DNA of 64,000 nucleotides from Promethearchaeota archaeon (GCA_048938855.1 JBHLLT010000013.1:21150-85149); one strand, 5' to 3'; counted from the stretch's first letter, positions 18,101-29,440 are shown. The notes: generated from the letters alone by a model not told the origin. Made by a program: numbers and translations.

Positions 18101-20029
18101 ATGCCAAATTTAATTGAAAAGAAATTAGGTTATATGAACCAACTTTTTGTAGAAGGTTTATATTCTAACGTTCTTGATTCTATAGAAGAATTCGAGCAGA
18201 TAGAAGATCTTACTACAGAAGATCGAATCTCTTGCTGTCATCTTAAGAGTAATCTCTATTTTGAGATATGCAAATATACTGATGCTTTCAAATTCGCTGA
18301 ACAGGCCTGCAACATGAGTCGGGAACTAGGAAATAAATCACTCATACTCGATAGTTATATCTCTAAAGCTAGGGCTTCATTGATGTTAAGAGATTATGAT
18401 TTAGTCTCACAGCTGATATCTAATGGTGAAGAAATGCTCAGAGAGCTTACATTAAAACCACAATCAGAGATTGCAAAAAGAGAAGCTCTTTTGAACTTCA
18501 TTAAAAGTCAAATTTACTTTTCCAAAAATGGTGATATAGAAAAATCTTTAGAGTATGGAGAACTGGGTCTAAAAATATCAGAGGAACATGAAAATAAAGT
18601 GGAGATGGCGTTAGCGTTACAACTAAACGCTCGGTCATATCTTATGATTGGTAATTTAGATCGAGCTTTAGATTATTTAAAAAGATGCCTGAGTATTCAG
18701 AGAACATACCGAAAACGCGATGATTGGTGGACTCTTAACAATCTCGGGGTATTGAATGGGATGAGAGGTGAATTAGATCTTGCTTTAGATTATATTAAGC
18801 AGAGTTTAGCACTTGCTGAAGAATTAGGTAATAAAAAAATCATTGGACAATGCCTTAATAATGCTTCATTAATATATCGACAAAAGGGGGAATTAGATCG
18901 CGCTTTGGAGGCATTAGAGCGAAATCTTATGATCTGGGAAGAATTGGGTGATAAAATGAATAGGATGGGTGGTTTAGATTCTCTATTTATTGTTTCCTTA
19001 GATGCTAACTCTCTTGAAAAAGCACAAGATTATTTATTAGGTATGCAAGAAATCAACGAACAAGTCCAAGATCATACATGTGAAGTTGCGTGTCGAGTAA
19101 ATAAAGCGCTAATGCTAAAAATGAGTCCAGATTCTCACGATCAAGAAAAAGCTAAAGAAATACTTCAACAGATTGTTAATGATGATATAATAAATTGGGA
19201 ATTCACTGAACGTGGATTACTTCATTTGTGTGATATTTTCTTGAATGAACTACAAAGAGATGATAATGAGGAAGTCTTGGATGAAATAAATATTCTAATC
19301 AATAAATTGTTAGATTTTGCTAAATTTCAAAATTCCTATCGCTTGCTAGCGGAAACTAATCTTTTACAAGGTAAGTTAGCATTAATTCAAATGAATTTGG
19401 GAGACTCAAGAAAGTTATTCACAAAAGCTGAGCGTATAGCTGATGAACATGGACTTCATTTATTAGCTAGAACAATTTCGACAGAACATGATAATTTATT
19501 AGAAGAACTAGAAAAATGGGAAACTTTAAGAAAAGTTAAAGCTCCTGTCTCGGAGCGCTTAAAACATGCTGAAATCGATAAAACTTTAAATCATATGATG
19601 GGTAAGCAGATGATGGAACCACCAGATTTAGTTGAAGAAGATCCAATTTTACTTTTAATCATGGATGAGTCAGGGAACCCTTATTTTAACCATACATTTA
19701 TAAAGGATTGGGATTTCAGCGATCTATTTAGCTCTTTTATATCCGCTTTTAATACTTTTAGTTCTGAGATCTTCTCGAAAACTATTGATAGGATTAAAAT
19801 CGGGGAAAATATTATCTTTTTGCAACCAGTTGAACAATTTTTAACTTGTTATGTTAGTAAGGGTCAGTCATATCCAGCTATGAAGAAACTTACTAAATTC
19901 TCAGATTCTATCAAGACTAAATCAGAGATTTGGGAAAAGTTAAAGAAAGCAGCTGAAACTTGCCAAGTGTTAAAAGAAGAAAATTTACCTATACTTGGGT
20001 CCGTCGTTAACGAAATTTTTACTCATTAA
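18101..20029 (+). CDS. TPR-repeat protein with C-terminal longin-like domain
   Basis: TPR helices (GELDLALDYIKQSL, GELDRALEALERNL); C-terminal EDPILLLIMDESGNPYF..LFSSFISAFNTF..YVSKGQSY. Confidence 0.8.
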   Translation: MPNLIEKKLGYMNQLFVEGLYSNVLDSIEEFEQIEDLTTEDRISCCHLKSNLYFEICKYTDAFKFAEQACNMSRELGNKSLILDSYISKARASLMLRDYDLVSQLISNGEEMLRELTLKPQSEIAKREALLNFIKSQIYFSKNGDIEKSLEYGELGLKISEEHENKVEMALALQLNARSYLMIGNLDRALDYLKRCLSIQRTYRKRDDWWTLNNLGVLNGMRGELDLALDYIKQSLALAEELGNKKIIGQCLNNASLIYRQKGELDRALEALERNLMIWEELGDKMNRMGGLDSLFIVSLDANSLEKAQDYLLGMQEINEQVQDHTCEVACRVNKALMLKMSPDSHDQEKAKEILQQIVNDDIINWEFTERGLLHLCDIFLNELQRDDNEEVLDEINILINKLLDFAKFQNSYRLLAETNLLQGKLALIQMNLGDSRKLFTKAERIADEHGLHLLARTISTEHDNLLEELEKWETLRKVKAPVSERLKHAEIDKTLNHMMGKQMMEPPDLVEEDPILLLIMDESGNPYFNHTFIKDWDFSDLFSSFISAFNTFSSEIFSKTIDRIKIGENIIFLQPVEQFLTCYVSKGQSYPAMKKLTKFSDSIKTKSEIWEKLKKAAETCQVLKEENLPILGSVVNEIFTH

Positions 20030-20577
20030 TAATAATCTTGGATTCTTAAAATCATTGATTTGATGATTTATTCACCAAAACTGAAAAAAGGTAAGGGCAG
20101 AAAGAAAAAAATATAGGATTTCGCCCTTTAAATATATTCTCCCTTTTTTTAAAAAAATATTCTCTTTCTGCCATTATAGGCTAGACTATTTTGCAGAATT
20201 TTTAGGCAATATTTAAAGCCATCTATAAAAAATGTGAGTAATAATTTTTTCAATATTTATTTTTTATCAAATCCAAAAATAGCTTTGAAAATCTAACTTC
20301 AGCAATAGATTGCAGTTTCTATTCGCCTTTATCTACTTAATGGAAATCCATCTATCTTTTTTTTTCCAAAAGATTCTTGCTGTAATTTCTTTAATTATAC
20401 AATTAATTAAAGCAAACAGTTATTAATTTCTAACTTCTTAATTAATATTAACATTAAAACAATCATCATCTGCCTATTTGGGTTTTAAAATCATGAAATA
20501 TTTTTTGAATTAAGGTAAATTCATTTTCCAAAACCATTCTCCTTCTATGAGCAAAAATTTCAATTTATTATTATTTT

Positions 20578-22329
20578 TTAATAGAAATTTGGTGGAAGTA
20601 ATTCTAATGGATCAATAATTACATCTACTAAATTGAAGCCTTCTGATTTTATTGATTCCCTAATTACAGAATCTAATTCAGATAATCTTTCTACTCTAAT
20701 ACCACTTCCACCAAAAGCTTCAACTAATTTAGCAAAATTAGTATTAGGGCGGTCCGTATCGTAAAACCTTTTTTTATAAAGCATAGCTTGGCCGAATTTG
20801 ACAAATCCTAATGAAGAATTATTAATTACTATAATTGTGCAATCTAGATCCAATTTTTTAATTGTTTCAAATTCATTGATACCTCCATTCATTAGACCAC
20901 CATCTCCAGTAAATAAAATTATTTTAGAATTTTTCTTGTCTAATTCATTCGAATTAACAGCTATACATGTGCCGATGAGAGCTCCCACCCCGAATCCTGT
21001 AGGTCCAACACCTCGGGGCACAATAATTTTTCTACCAATGCTTTTAACAGGAAAATAAGCACCAATCCATCGCGCACTTGTACTTGCATCGGTAACAAGA
21101 TAATCATTATGGGTCATATTATCCGATATAGCTTTTAATACTCTCTGAGGCTTGATTGGCTCACTAAACATCCAATTTACGTTATCTAATTCACGATATT
21201 TACTATGATCAATTCTAAGTTTTTCAGTATTTCTTAACCGTTCTTTAATAATTTCACCTTCATTATCAAATGCGGTTGTACCTCTCTCGATAAGTAAATT
21301 TAAAATCTCTGTAAGAGCCGCTTTTGGATCTCCTATTACACCCCATGGATGATAGTTAAGACCAATCTCAGCCGAATCGATATCAATTTGAATCATTTCC
21401 ATTCTTTGAGTCGGTACCTTAAAATTCGCAGTGTCATCTTCAGTTAATCTATTACCTATGACTATCAATAAGTCTGCTTTTGTTCTAACAAATTTATGAT
21501 TAGGTTTTTCTCCAAAAAGCCCAATAGTACCAAAATATAAATTATTAGGATCTTTGTTTTCTTGAACCATTATTCCTTTACCTGAGATTGTTGAAAATAC
21601 AGGCGCATTTAAAATTTTACTTAACTCTTTTACTTCTTGAAATGCTCCAGATAAAACAGCGCCTCCACCAGTATATAAAGCAGGTTGCTTAGCATTTCGA
21701 ATCATTTCAACAGCTTGTTCTATTTCAGAACTAGGGGGAGCTATACGACAACTATTTATTGAGCATGATCCTTTAACAATTGGAACAAAATCTTTAAGCT
21801 TCAATTCTGATGACGATATAACATCTTCAGAAATAACTAGTGCTACTGGTCCAGGTCTTCCATTTACAGCTTGTTTGATTGCATAAGTCATAAATCTTGG
21901 CAAATATTCTGTTCTTAAAACTTTCCCTGTCCATTTTGTAACGGGATTTAAAGTTTCAGATACGTTAATATCATGTGGGATATTCCTTAATTCATCATAT
22001 GATTTTATTACTCCAACTATTGCTAAAATTGAAGAGGCAGAACCTTTGGCTTCAGCAAGGGCTACCGGAAAATTCATGGATCCTGCTGCTCCAGCATCAC
22101 AGACCCCAAGTGAACCTGTAACGCGAGAATATGCATCAGCTGCGAAACAAGCACTGCGTTCATCGTTGAAAAGAACATGTTCTATTCCGTCTGTAGCCAA
22201 AATTCCATCATAAAATCCTAGAGTATGACCATCAGGTATCCCAAAAACAAATTCAACACCATGCTCTTTTAAAAACCTTGCCATACCATGTCCCGTATGA
22301 ACAATCTGCTTAAGATTCTCAGATTCCAT
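20578..22329 (-). CDS. Thiamine diphosphate-dependent enzyme, acetolactate synthase large-subunit-like
   Basis: FVFGIPDG, DERSACFAADAYSR, GRPGPV, TPP motif GDGG..NNSSLG. Confidence 0.9.
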   Translation of the reverse strand: MESENLKQIVHTGHGMARFLKEHGVEFVFGIPDGHTLGFYDGILATDGIEHVLFNDERSACFAADAYSRVTGSLGVCDAGAAGSMNFPVALAEAKGSASSILAIVGVIKSYDELRNIPHDINVSETLNPVTKWTGKVLRTEYLPRFMTYAIKQAVNGRPGPVALVISEDVISSSELKLKDFVPIVKGSCSINSCRIAPPSSEIEQAVEMIRNAKQPALYTGGGAVLSGAFQEVKELSKILNAPVFSTISGKGIMVQENKDPNNLYFGTIGLFGEKPNHKFVRTKADLLIVIGNRLTEDDTANFKVPTQRMEMIQIDIDSAEIGLNYHPWGVIGDPKAALTEILNLLIERGTTAFDNEGEIIKERLRNTEKLRIDHSKYRELDNVNWMFSEPIKPQRVLKAISDNMTHNDYLVTDASTSARWIGAYFPVKSIGRKIIVPRGVGPTGFGVGALIGTCIAVNSNELDKKNSKIILFTGDGGLMNGGINEFETIKKLDLDCTIIVINNSSLGFVKFGQAMLYKKRFYDTDRPNTNFAKLVEAFGGSGIRVERLSELDSVIRESIKSEGFNLVDVIIDPLELLPPNFY

Positions 22330-22441
22330 TTTTTCTCAAAGACCTTAAATTTAACATTGAAATTAAGGAATAGAATTTATTAAAACTTCATTTCTAGAAA
22401 ATATAAATTCTTATATCAATTCAAATCTTAATATAAGGAAC

Positions 22442-23533
22442 TTAAGAATTAGTTTTGGGAAATATAATTTTAAACTTTTTAAATCTTAATATAATAAAGT
22501 ATATACATATTCCGATCAACATAAAACTCAAAATTAATGATAATGAATATCCATTAATACTTCTATTTGATAATTTAATAATCTCAAGACCATCTTGATG
22601 AATAGTCAGATATATTATACTTCCAATAACTTGAATATCAAAAATTGGACGATTAGGAATATATTGACCAACCCTTTCTGGATTTGAGGGATTACTAATA
22701 TTTAGAATTTCTAATCCATTTTCACCAGTAATATAGGCATATTTTTCATCAACAAATACATTGTGTACATATCCTCCATTATAGTATGAGCCAATTTCTG
22801 TTATATTGTTGTAATCAGAAATATTCAAGATCTCCAAACCTTCAACATAATCAGCGATAAAGGCAAGGTCATCATATATATACAAATTTCTAGTGTTTCC
22901 ACCATCAGTATATTGAGTAATACCTTTAGGATGATATGGATCACTAACATTGATTATATTAAAACCTTGATTCCAATCAACTGCATACACTATGTTTTCA
23001 ATTACATGTAAATCAGCAAGATTTCCATACGAATTAAATTGACCTAATAATGATGGTATGGCAGGAGAACTCACATTTAATATTTTTAGCCCATGGTATA
23101 CCATATACGCAAGATTGTCCACTACAAAAACACTATCAGCGTCGTCAGTATCTTTATAATTTCCAATTTCATATGGATTAGAAGGATCTTTAATATTAAT
23201 TATCTCTAATCCATCATTCCAATCCCCAATAAAGGCTAAATTTCCCTCGATAAATAAATTATGAGCAATTCCACCATCAAAATAATTACCTAATTCATAA
23301 GGACTAGAAGGGAAACTAATATCAACAATCCTTAAACCTCCCTCTGCATCAGCCACATACGCAGCTCCATTACTTACAACAAGACCCATTGCGTCCGTAC
23401 ATCCTGAAAAACGCCCTAATCTGACAAGAAATAATTGATCTTGGTTTCCAGAAGTATTAACACTAAATATATTTAGGACTATTATCAAAATTAAAAAAAA
23501 ATGCTTAAAATTCCAATTATGATTATGACTCAC
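22442..23533 (-). CDS. Secreted LVIVD-repeat beta-propeller with C-terminal membrane anchor
   Basis: Signal peptide; AYVADAEGGLRIVDIS and GLEIINI repeats; C-terminal INGY + TM helix + basic tail. Confidence 0.88.
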   Translation of the reverse strand: MSHNHNWNFKHFFLILIIVLNIFSVNTSGNQDQLFLVRLGRFSGCTDAMGLVVSNGAAYVADAEGGLRIVDISFPSSPYELGNYFDGGIAHNLFIEGNLAFIGDWNDGLEIINIKDPSNPYEIGNYKDTDDADSVFVVDNLAYMVYHGLKILNVSSPAIPSLLGQFNSYGNLADLHVIENIVYAVDWNQGFNIINVSDPYHPKGITQYTDGGNTRNLYIYDDLAFIADYVEGLEILNISDYNNITEIGSYYNGGYVHNVFVDEKYAYITGENGLEILNISNPSNPERVGQYIPNRPIFDIQVIGSIIYLTIHQDGLEIIKLSNRSINGYSLSLILSFMLIGICIYFIILRFKKFKIIFPKTNS

Positions 23534-23833
23534 GATGTATCACAGATTTTCAATAATATATACTGAATTTTCTTTTTGATTTATAAAATTGTTCTGGCTC
23601 GTTTAATGTGTTGTAATATTAAGAATAATCTGACTATAATTGAATAATTAAATGATTATAATTTATTCACAAGTTAATCTTACACTTACTCTAACCACTT
23701 TTTTATTGGAATCATTAAAACAAATTTATCCTTAGACGTTTAATTCTTATTTTACTGATTATTATCTAATAACAATATTATAAAAATAGTTTAAATCAAT
23801 TATCAAATAATACATATAATAAAGATATTAATT

Positions 23834-25831
23834 GTGAAAAATATGACTGATGACCGAAAAAAATTATGGGAACCTTCAAAAAAATGGATTGAAAACGCAA
23901 AAACCACTCATTTTATCGAATTTGTTAATAAGAAATACGATCAAAAAATAAAAGGGGGTAAAGAGCTATACAGATGGTCCGTTGAGGAAATTCCTGATTT
24001 TTGGGATGCTATGTGGAAATTTTCTGGCATTATATCTTCCCAACCTTATGATAAAGTTGTAGAAGATTTAAGTGTATTTCCTGGTACTAAATGGTTCCCT
24101 GGGGCTAAATTAAATTTTGCTGAAAATCTACTTAAGTATAAGGACAAACAACTAGCATTTATATTTCAAGGTGAAACTAAAGTTTCAAAAAAAATGACGT
24201 ATGAGGAATTAAATAAAACAGTAGCTCACTTAGCAAAATCTCTTAAAGGAATTGGAATTAAAATGGGAGATCGAGTAGTATCTTATATTCCAAACTTGAT
24301 TGAGACTCCAATTGCTATGTTAGCAACAACTGCAATAGGAGCGATTTGGGCTTCATGTGGTGCTGAACTTCAATCAAGCGCAGTAATAGATAGATTTAGT
24401 CAAATTGAACCGAAAATACTTTTCACAGTTGATGGTTACTTTTATAGAGATAAGATCTTTGATATCAAAGATAATATAATAGCAGTTGTAGATGCAATCC
24501 CTTCAATTCAAAAAGTTGTTGTTGTTTCTTATATCTCTGAGGGCAAAGCTGATATTAGTAGTATTCCAAAAGCGATAAATTGGGAGGATTTCATAACTAA
24601 GGATGAGGATGTTAAATTAGAATTTGAGCAAGTGCCATTTGATCATCCTATCTATATAATGTTCTCTTCGGGAACTACAGGTAAACCAAAATGTATGGTT
24701 CAGAGTGGAGGAGGAGTTCTTATAAATCATTTGAAAGAACTTATTCTCTCTACAGATTGTAAACGTAGTGATGTTATTAATTATATTACAGCACCCTCTT
24801 GGATGATGTGGAATTGGCTAATCAGTGCGTTAGCTGTTGGTGCAACTATTTTCCTATATGATGGAAACCCCCTTTATCCAGACCCCCTTAGATTTTTTGA
24901 GCTAATTGAAAAACATAAAATAACCATCTTTGGAACCAGTGCTGCTTATATTCATTATTTAATGGGTCTTAACGTTAAACCTACTGAAAAATATGATCTC
25001 TCTTCGTTAAGAGAAATTTCACAGACAGCATCGACTCTTTCACCCGAAGGATTTGAATATGTATATAGAGAAATTAAGAAAGATCTGTTTTTTAATTCAA
25101 TAAGTGGGGGAACAGACATAAATGGATGCTTTGCTGGAGCAATACCAATTCTTCCAGTATATTCCGGAGAATTACAAGGTCGTGCTTTAGCCATGAAAGT
25201 GGAGGCATATAATGATAATACAGAACCTGTTGAAGATGAACAAGCAGAACTTGTATGTGAAGCACCAGCTCCTTCTATGCCCGTGTATTTCTGGGGAGAC
25301 GATGATAATATGACAAAATACAAAGCAGCTTATTTTGATCACTTTAAAGATACAGGAAAGAATGTATGGAGGCACGGAGATTATATAGTAATTCATAGTG
25401 ACACAGGCGGAATTACTTTTTGGGGACGCTCTGATGCTGTTTTAAAGCCCTCAGGAGTAAGAATTGGTACTGCTGAAATATATAATGTAGTCGAACAACT
25501 TCCTGAAGTTTCAGACTCATTGGTAATTGGTCAACAATGGGAAGGTGATATTCGCATTGTTATGTTCGTTCTATTAAATGAGGGCTATGAATTAACAGAT
25601 GAATTAAAAATAAAAATACAACAAATAATTCGAGAGAAAACTAGTCCAAGACATGTGCCAAAGTTAATTTTTGCTGCGCCTGAAGATGGTATTCCTTATA
25701 CTTTTAGCAACAAGAAAGTTGAGATTGCAGTTACTAAAATTATACATGGTATGGAAGTGGCTAATCGTGGTGCTCTAAGAAACCCAGAATCGCTGGACTT
25801 CTACATGGAAATGAAGGATAAGCTTCAATAA
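23834..25831 (+). CDS. Acetoacetyl-CoA synthetase (acetoacetate-CoA ligase)
   Basis: WFPGAKLNFAENLL, FSSGTTGKPK, WMMWNW, SISGGTD, WRHGD, GRSDAVLKPSGVRIGTAEIY. Confidence 0.92.
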   Translation: MKNMTDDRKKLWEPSKKWIENAKTTHFIEFVNKKYDQKIKGGKELYRWSVEEIPDFWDAMWKFSGIISSQPYDKVVEDLSVFPGTKWFPGAKLNFAENLLKYKDKQLAFIFQGETKVSKKMTYEELNKTVAHLAKSLKGIGIKMGDRVVSYIPNLIETPIAMLATTAIGAIWASCGAELQSSAVIDRFSQIEPKILFTVDGYFYRDKIFDIKDNIIAVVDAIPSIQKVVVVSYISEGKADISSIPKAINWEDFITKDEDVKLEFEQVPFDHPIYIMFSSGTTGKPKCMVQSGGGVLINHLKELILSTDCKRSDVINYITAPSWMMWNWLISALAVGATIFLYDGNPLYPDPLRFFELIEKHKITIFGTSAAYIHYLMGLNVKPTEKYDLSSLREISQTASTLSPEGFEYVYREIKKDLFFNSISGGTDINGCFAGAIPILPVYSGELQGRALAMKVEAYNDNTEPVEDEQAELVCEAPAPSMPVYFWGDDDNMTKYKAAYFDHFKDTGKNVWRHGDYIVIHSDTGGITFWGRSDAVLKPSGVRIGTAEIYNVVEQLPEVSDSLVIGQQWEGDIRIVMFVLLNEGYELTDELKIKIQQIIREKTSPRHVPKLIFAAPEDGIPYTFSNKKVEIAVTKIIHGMEVANRGALRNPESLDFYMEMKDKLQ

Positions 25832-25920
25832 TATTATTTTTTTATTTTCAATTTTTTTTGAAATAAAGTCTTACTTTTGAATTATTCTTCATAAAAAAAA
25901 AAGAAGAGAAATAAATATCT

Positions 25921-26136
25921 TTATATCGTAATAAGGAGTGGTACTATCATTATTACAAGCATAAAATTAGCTATCATATGAGCAAAAATTGATAATCTTA
26001 CATCCTGCTTTTTCAATACCAGATAAGTTATTGGAATAAATATAATAATATTTGCAATGATAGTCCATGGTGCCCATAAATGGTATAAAGCCCATAGAGA
26101 TACATTTAAAATAGCAGCTTTTCTACCAAATTTTAT
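25921..26136 (-). pseudogene. 5'-truncated remnant of a CPBP (Abi/CAAX protease) family membrane protein
   Basis: 71 open codons IKFGRKAAILNVSLWALYHLWAPW..SIFAHMIANF with an in-frame stop just upstream; C-terminal His motifs present, EExxR half missing. Confidence 0.65.
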
Positions 26137-26166
26137 TTAGAATATTATTTTTTATTATTGTAAGGA

Positions 26167-26820
26167 TTAAGACTTTTTAAGCCGAGGACAAGATAAAATA
26201 CATACCAGACATCCATTATCTCCTAAACAAGTCTTAATATTTAAAACATCCTCTCTACATGAGGGATGATCGTCAAAAGCAACAAACGTAAGTGCGTTCT
26301 TAGGACACGCTTCTATACATTTTCGACAATCACCACATTCATTTTTTATTACTTGATTAGTTTGAAGTGGCAGGTCTGTCAAAATTGCGATTAAGCGATG
26401 TAAGGGACCATATTCTGGAGAAATAATTAATAGTGACCTTCCTTGCCAACCAAGTCCTGCTTTTTTAGCTAAGAGTTTAAGAGACATAAATCCTAACCGA
26501 TTAATAGGATCAAATTCATCTTCAGTATGAATAATAAGTTGCCTATAGCCCTTATCTTCTAAGTATTCCATTATAGAAAACGCAGCCTCTTCTAAAAATA
26601 GTGCGGTCTTACCGCTAGAGGCTTTTTTCCCTAACTTTCCATATTGAGCTCCTAATACAATGGCATATGGAAACATATTTAGGAATTTTTCCAAATTTAT
26701 TGGAATTCCCGTTTCCATTTCCTTTAACAAATTCATGTTAGCAATACCATAGACATCAATTTCTAGCTTATTAATATATTTCCTAAGATTTTCTGTATCT
26801 ATTTTCTTTTCCTCATCCAT
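26167..26820 (-). CDS. Epoxyqueuosine reductase (QueG)/reductive dehalogenase-like Fe-S protein
   Basis: KLLAKKAGLGWQGR..PEYGP..AILTD; CGDCRKCIEACP and C..GCLVCILSCP. Confidence 0.85.
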   Translation of the reverse strand: MDEEKKIDTENLRKYINKLEIDVYGIANMNLLKEMETGIPINLEKFLNMFPYAIVLGAQYGKLGKKASSGKTALFLEEAAFSIMEYLEDKGYRQLIIHTEDEFDPINRLGFMSLKLLAKKAGLGWQGRSLLIISPEYGPLHRLIAILTDLPLQTNQVIKNECGDCRKCIEACPKNALTFVAFDDHPSCREDVLNIKTCLGDNGCLVCILSCPRLKKS

Positions 26821-27138
26821 TTTCTACAACTTAATTATTTCTTTTTTATAATTTTATTCTTATTTTCATTATTAATTCAATTATTTCATTCTCCAAATAA
26901 TTTCTTTTAAAAATTTAAAGATATTTTTAATTTTTTTTTTCATATTATTTAAAACTTAATTTTTATCGTATCAGATTCGTCTTTTTTATTATTATGTCTA
27001 ATATCGGCTATAACTAATAAAAAATTAAAAAAAAAAGAATTCTTCAATAATTAGTCTTTCCAATTAAAAAATCTACTACCGACTAAAGCAGAAATTGTAA
27101 TGTATATAACTAATCCTAAGATCATAAATCTTAATCGC

Positions 27139-27567
27139 CTAGGTTTTAAACTCTAGCTCACAAGCGCAATTTTTTGAATTAATTATATCATCTCCGCAAG
27201 GACATTTTTTTGGATGCCCATACTTTTCGCATATCTTATTTATCGTATCACATGATAATAAAAGATTAAGTTTTGTGCTTTCTTCATGAGCTTCTTCAGC
27301 TGTCATTCCTAATTCATTAAAGAAAAGTAATTCAAGCAATCGTTCGTGTCTTAACAATTCTCTTGCAACGTCGATTCCTTTGTTAATTAAATTTACTTCG
27401 CAAAAAGGTTCATAATTGATATATCCATTCGCTTTTAACCTTTTTACACAGCTACCTAGCGTAGAATGTTTTATATTTAGCTTAAGAGCCATATGGCTTA
27501 TTTTTATGGGCATTTTGTGGTTATACAAAAACTTTAATACTTTATAGTCTAAATCTATCATTATCAT
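27139..27567 (-). CDS. DtxR/MntR family metal-dependent regulator
   Basis: wHTH followed by RHERLLELLF, AHEES, GHPKKCPCG. Confidence 0.88.
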   Translation of the reverse strand: MIMIDLDYKVLKFLYNHKMPIKISHMALKLNIKHSTLGSCVKRLKANGYINYEPFCEVNLINKGIDVARELLRHERLLELLFFNELGMTAEEAHEESTKLNLLLSCDTINKICEKYGHPKKCPCGDDIINSKNCACELEFKT

Positions 27568-27586
27568 AACCCCTGTTATATTTAAT

Positions 27587-28300
27587 TTAAAAGATAAAAA
27601 TTTGTTTAATTATTTCATCTATTTCATTATCATCCGGCTTTCCATCATATATTATAGTTCCATCCATAAGTAAAAGTCTATTACAATATGGTTGTAATAA
27701 ATCAAGGTGATGATTAATTGCGATAATGGTGATATTTAATTTATTATTTAGTTCAACCAATAAATTCATCAAATCTTTAACCATCATAAAATCTAAGGCA
27801 CTAGTTGGTTCATCAAGGAGTAAAATTTTAGGTTTTGAGGCGAGGGCTCTAGCAACCATTACTTTCTGAAGTTCTCCTCCAGATAAATGTCCAATTGGAC
27901 GATTCTTATACGCTTCCAGATGGACTGTATGAAGTGCTTCTTCAGCTTGCTTTTTGTCTTCTTGTTTTAGGGGTTTCAAAAATCCAATTTTACCGAATAA
28001 CCCCATTTCTACTACTTCTAACACTGTTGCTGGAAAAGATTTTTTAACTGAAATATTTTGAGGAACATAACCAACATTTGATCGGACTTTTTTGATATTT
28101 TCAGAACCTAGTACTCTTACCCTCCCAATGTCAGGTTCAATAAGACCTATAATTGTCTTCAGAAAAGTAGTCTTTCCTGAACCATTTGGACCGAAAATAC
28201 CAATATAATCTCCTTGATAAATACTTACATCTACATTCTGTAAAGCAGTTACATTCTGGTACTTGACGGTAACATTTTCAAACATTACAACTGGTTCCAT
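27587..28300 (-). CDS. Zn/Mn ABC transporter ATP-binding protein (ZnuC-like)
   Basis: GPNGSGKTT, GYVPQ, FPATV, LSGGE, LLLDEP. Confidence 0.93.
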   Translation of the reverse strand: MEPVVMFENVTVKYQNVTALQNVDVSIYQGDYIGIFGPNGSGKTTFLKTIIGLIEPDIGRVRVLGSENIKKVRSNVGYVPQNISVKKSFPATVLEVVEMGLFGKIGFLKPLKQEDKKQAEEALHTVHLEAYKNRPIGHLSGGELQKVMVARALASKPKILLLDEPTSALDFMMVKDLMNLLVELNNKLNITIIAINHHLDLLQPYCNRLLLMDGTIIYDGKPDDNEIDEIIKQIFIF

Positions 28301-28336
28301 TTACAAGCCTCCTATATTTTTTATAAAAGTTCAATT

Positions 28337-29380
28337 TCAAGATGATTCTCTCCTTCTTATGTAAAGAAATGAAATTAAGAGAGCAATTAAAATTATACCA
28401 GAAGGAATGATAATCCATATTATACTAAATAAACTGGGTGGATTGATTGGATTACCTAATGCCCATATATTATATTCAATCATCTGTGTATAATTTGAAA
28501 TTAATACTTGTTCTCCGTTCCAATCAACTTTTACATCTAAAAGGGGGGTAAGTAAGGCAATTTTTGATTTGGTTTCCCTTGCTATTTCATATACATTCTC
28601 AGTTCTATGTTGGGGATCTGTAACGATTAGATGACATCCTTCTTCCCTCATTATTCTTATAACATATGCAATCTCTTTAGCAGATGGTTCTTGAGCTTCC
28701 CCTTTTTCGATGGTTGCCAATCGAGTTAAATTTAAAAGGTTTTCTTGAAATAAATAGAAATAAGCAGGATGATTAACAACGAGTTTTGTTGCATTATAAA
28801 TGGCTCTGGCATTCTGAATAGTATCTAATAATTCATCAAGAATTGTTAAATAATTCAAAGTGTTATTTGAAAAAATCCACTTATTAGAAATTAAAGGTTC
28901 TTTAGTCCAAAGAGTTTGATTAATTTCTTGTGTAAAATTTTTCATGTTATTAGGATCCATCCAGATATGGGGATTTACAAATCCAAGTAAAGGGTCAATT
29001 TTAAGCATGTTTGGATCAATTAATTTAACAATATAGGCATCCTCCCATTCATTTCGCCACCATGGCTCTAGATCCTCAATTCCCATCCGAAAGATGATAT
29101 CAGCATTTTCAAGAGCTAAAATTTCATCAGATGTTGGTTCGTAGGAATGTGGATCAGCTGATCCAGGAACAACTACGGGGACATCTTGTCCAATAACATG
29201 TTTGACTGCATCCTCTATTATAGTTATTGTTGCAACAATATTCAGAGAAGTATTTGCTTCTTTTAACGAAATTAATGAATATGTAATTCTTTTATTTACT
29301 TGACCTATATTTAATCCAAAACTCCCCATTAAAAGGAAGAGAATAAAAATAACAGGTAGATTCTTTTTAATTTCTTCCAT
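28337..29380 (-). CDS. Zn/Mn ABC transporter substrate-binding protein (ZnuA/TroA-like), C-terminally anchored
   Basis: DPHSYEP, NPHIWMDP, HPAYFY, EPSAKE; N- and C-terminal TM helices. Confidence 0.92.
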   Translation of the reverse strand: MEEIKKNLPVIFILFLLMGSFGLNIGQVNKRITYSLISLKEANTSLNIVATITIIEDAVKHVIGQDVPVVVPGSADPHSYEPTSDEILALENADIIFRMGIEDLEPWWRNEWEDAYIVKLIDPNMLKIDPLLGFVNPHIWMDPNNMKNFTQEINQTLWTKEPLISNKWIFSNNTLNYLTILDELLDTIQNARAIYNATKLVVNHPAYFYLFQENLLNLTRLATIEKGEAQEPSAKEIAYVIRIMREEGCHLIVTDPQHRTENVYEIARETKSKIALLTPLLDVKVDWNGEQVLISNYTQMIEYNIWALGNPINPPSLFSIIWIIIPSGIILIALLISFLYIRRRESS

Positions 29381-29410
29381 TTTTTCATTCTAAGAAGGGT
29401 TCTTAAATTT

Positions 29411-29440
29411 ATGATTGTTCGTATCTACGATCATTCGTAT
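29411..29440. promoter_or_regulatory. Candidate operator in the divergent metal-ABC promoter region
   Basis: Palindrome TCGTA-TC-TACGA (29419..29430) and TTCGTAT direct repeat between the divergent genes. Confidence 0.4.

Noticed and set aside
20096-20172. Inverted repeat GGCAGAAAGA/TCTTTCTGCC in an intergenic region
   Set aside because: Single 10-bp stem with a long loop, no second copy or target-site duplication; cannot support an ncRNA or MITE call.
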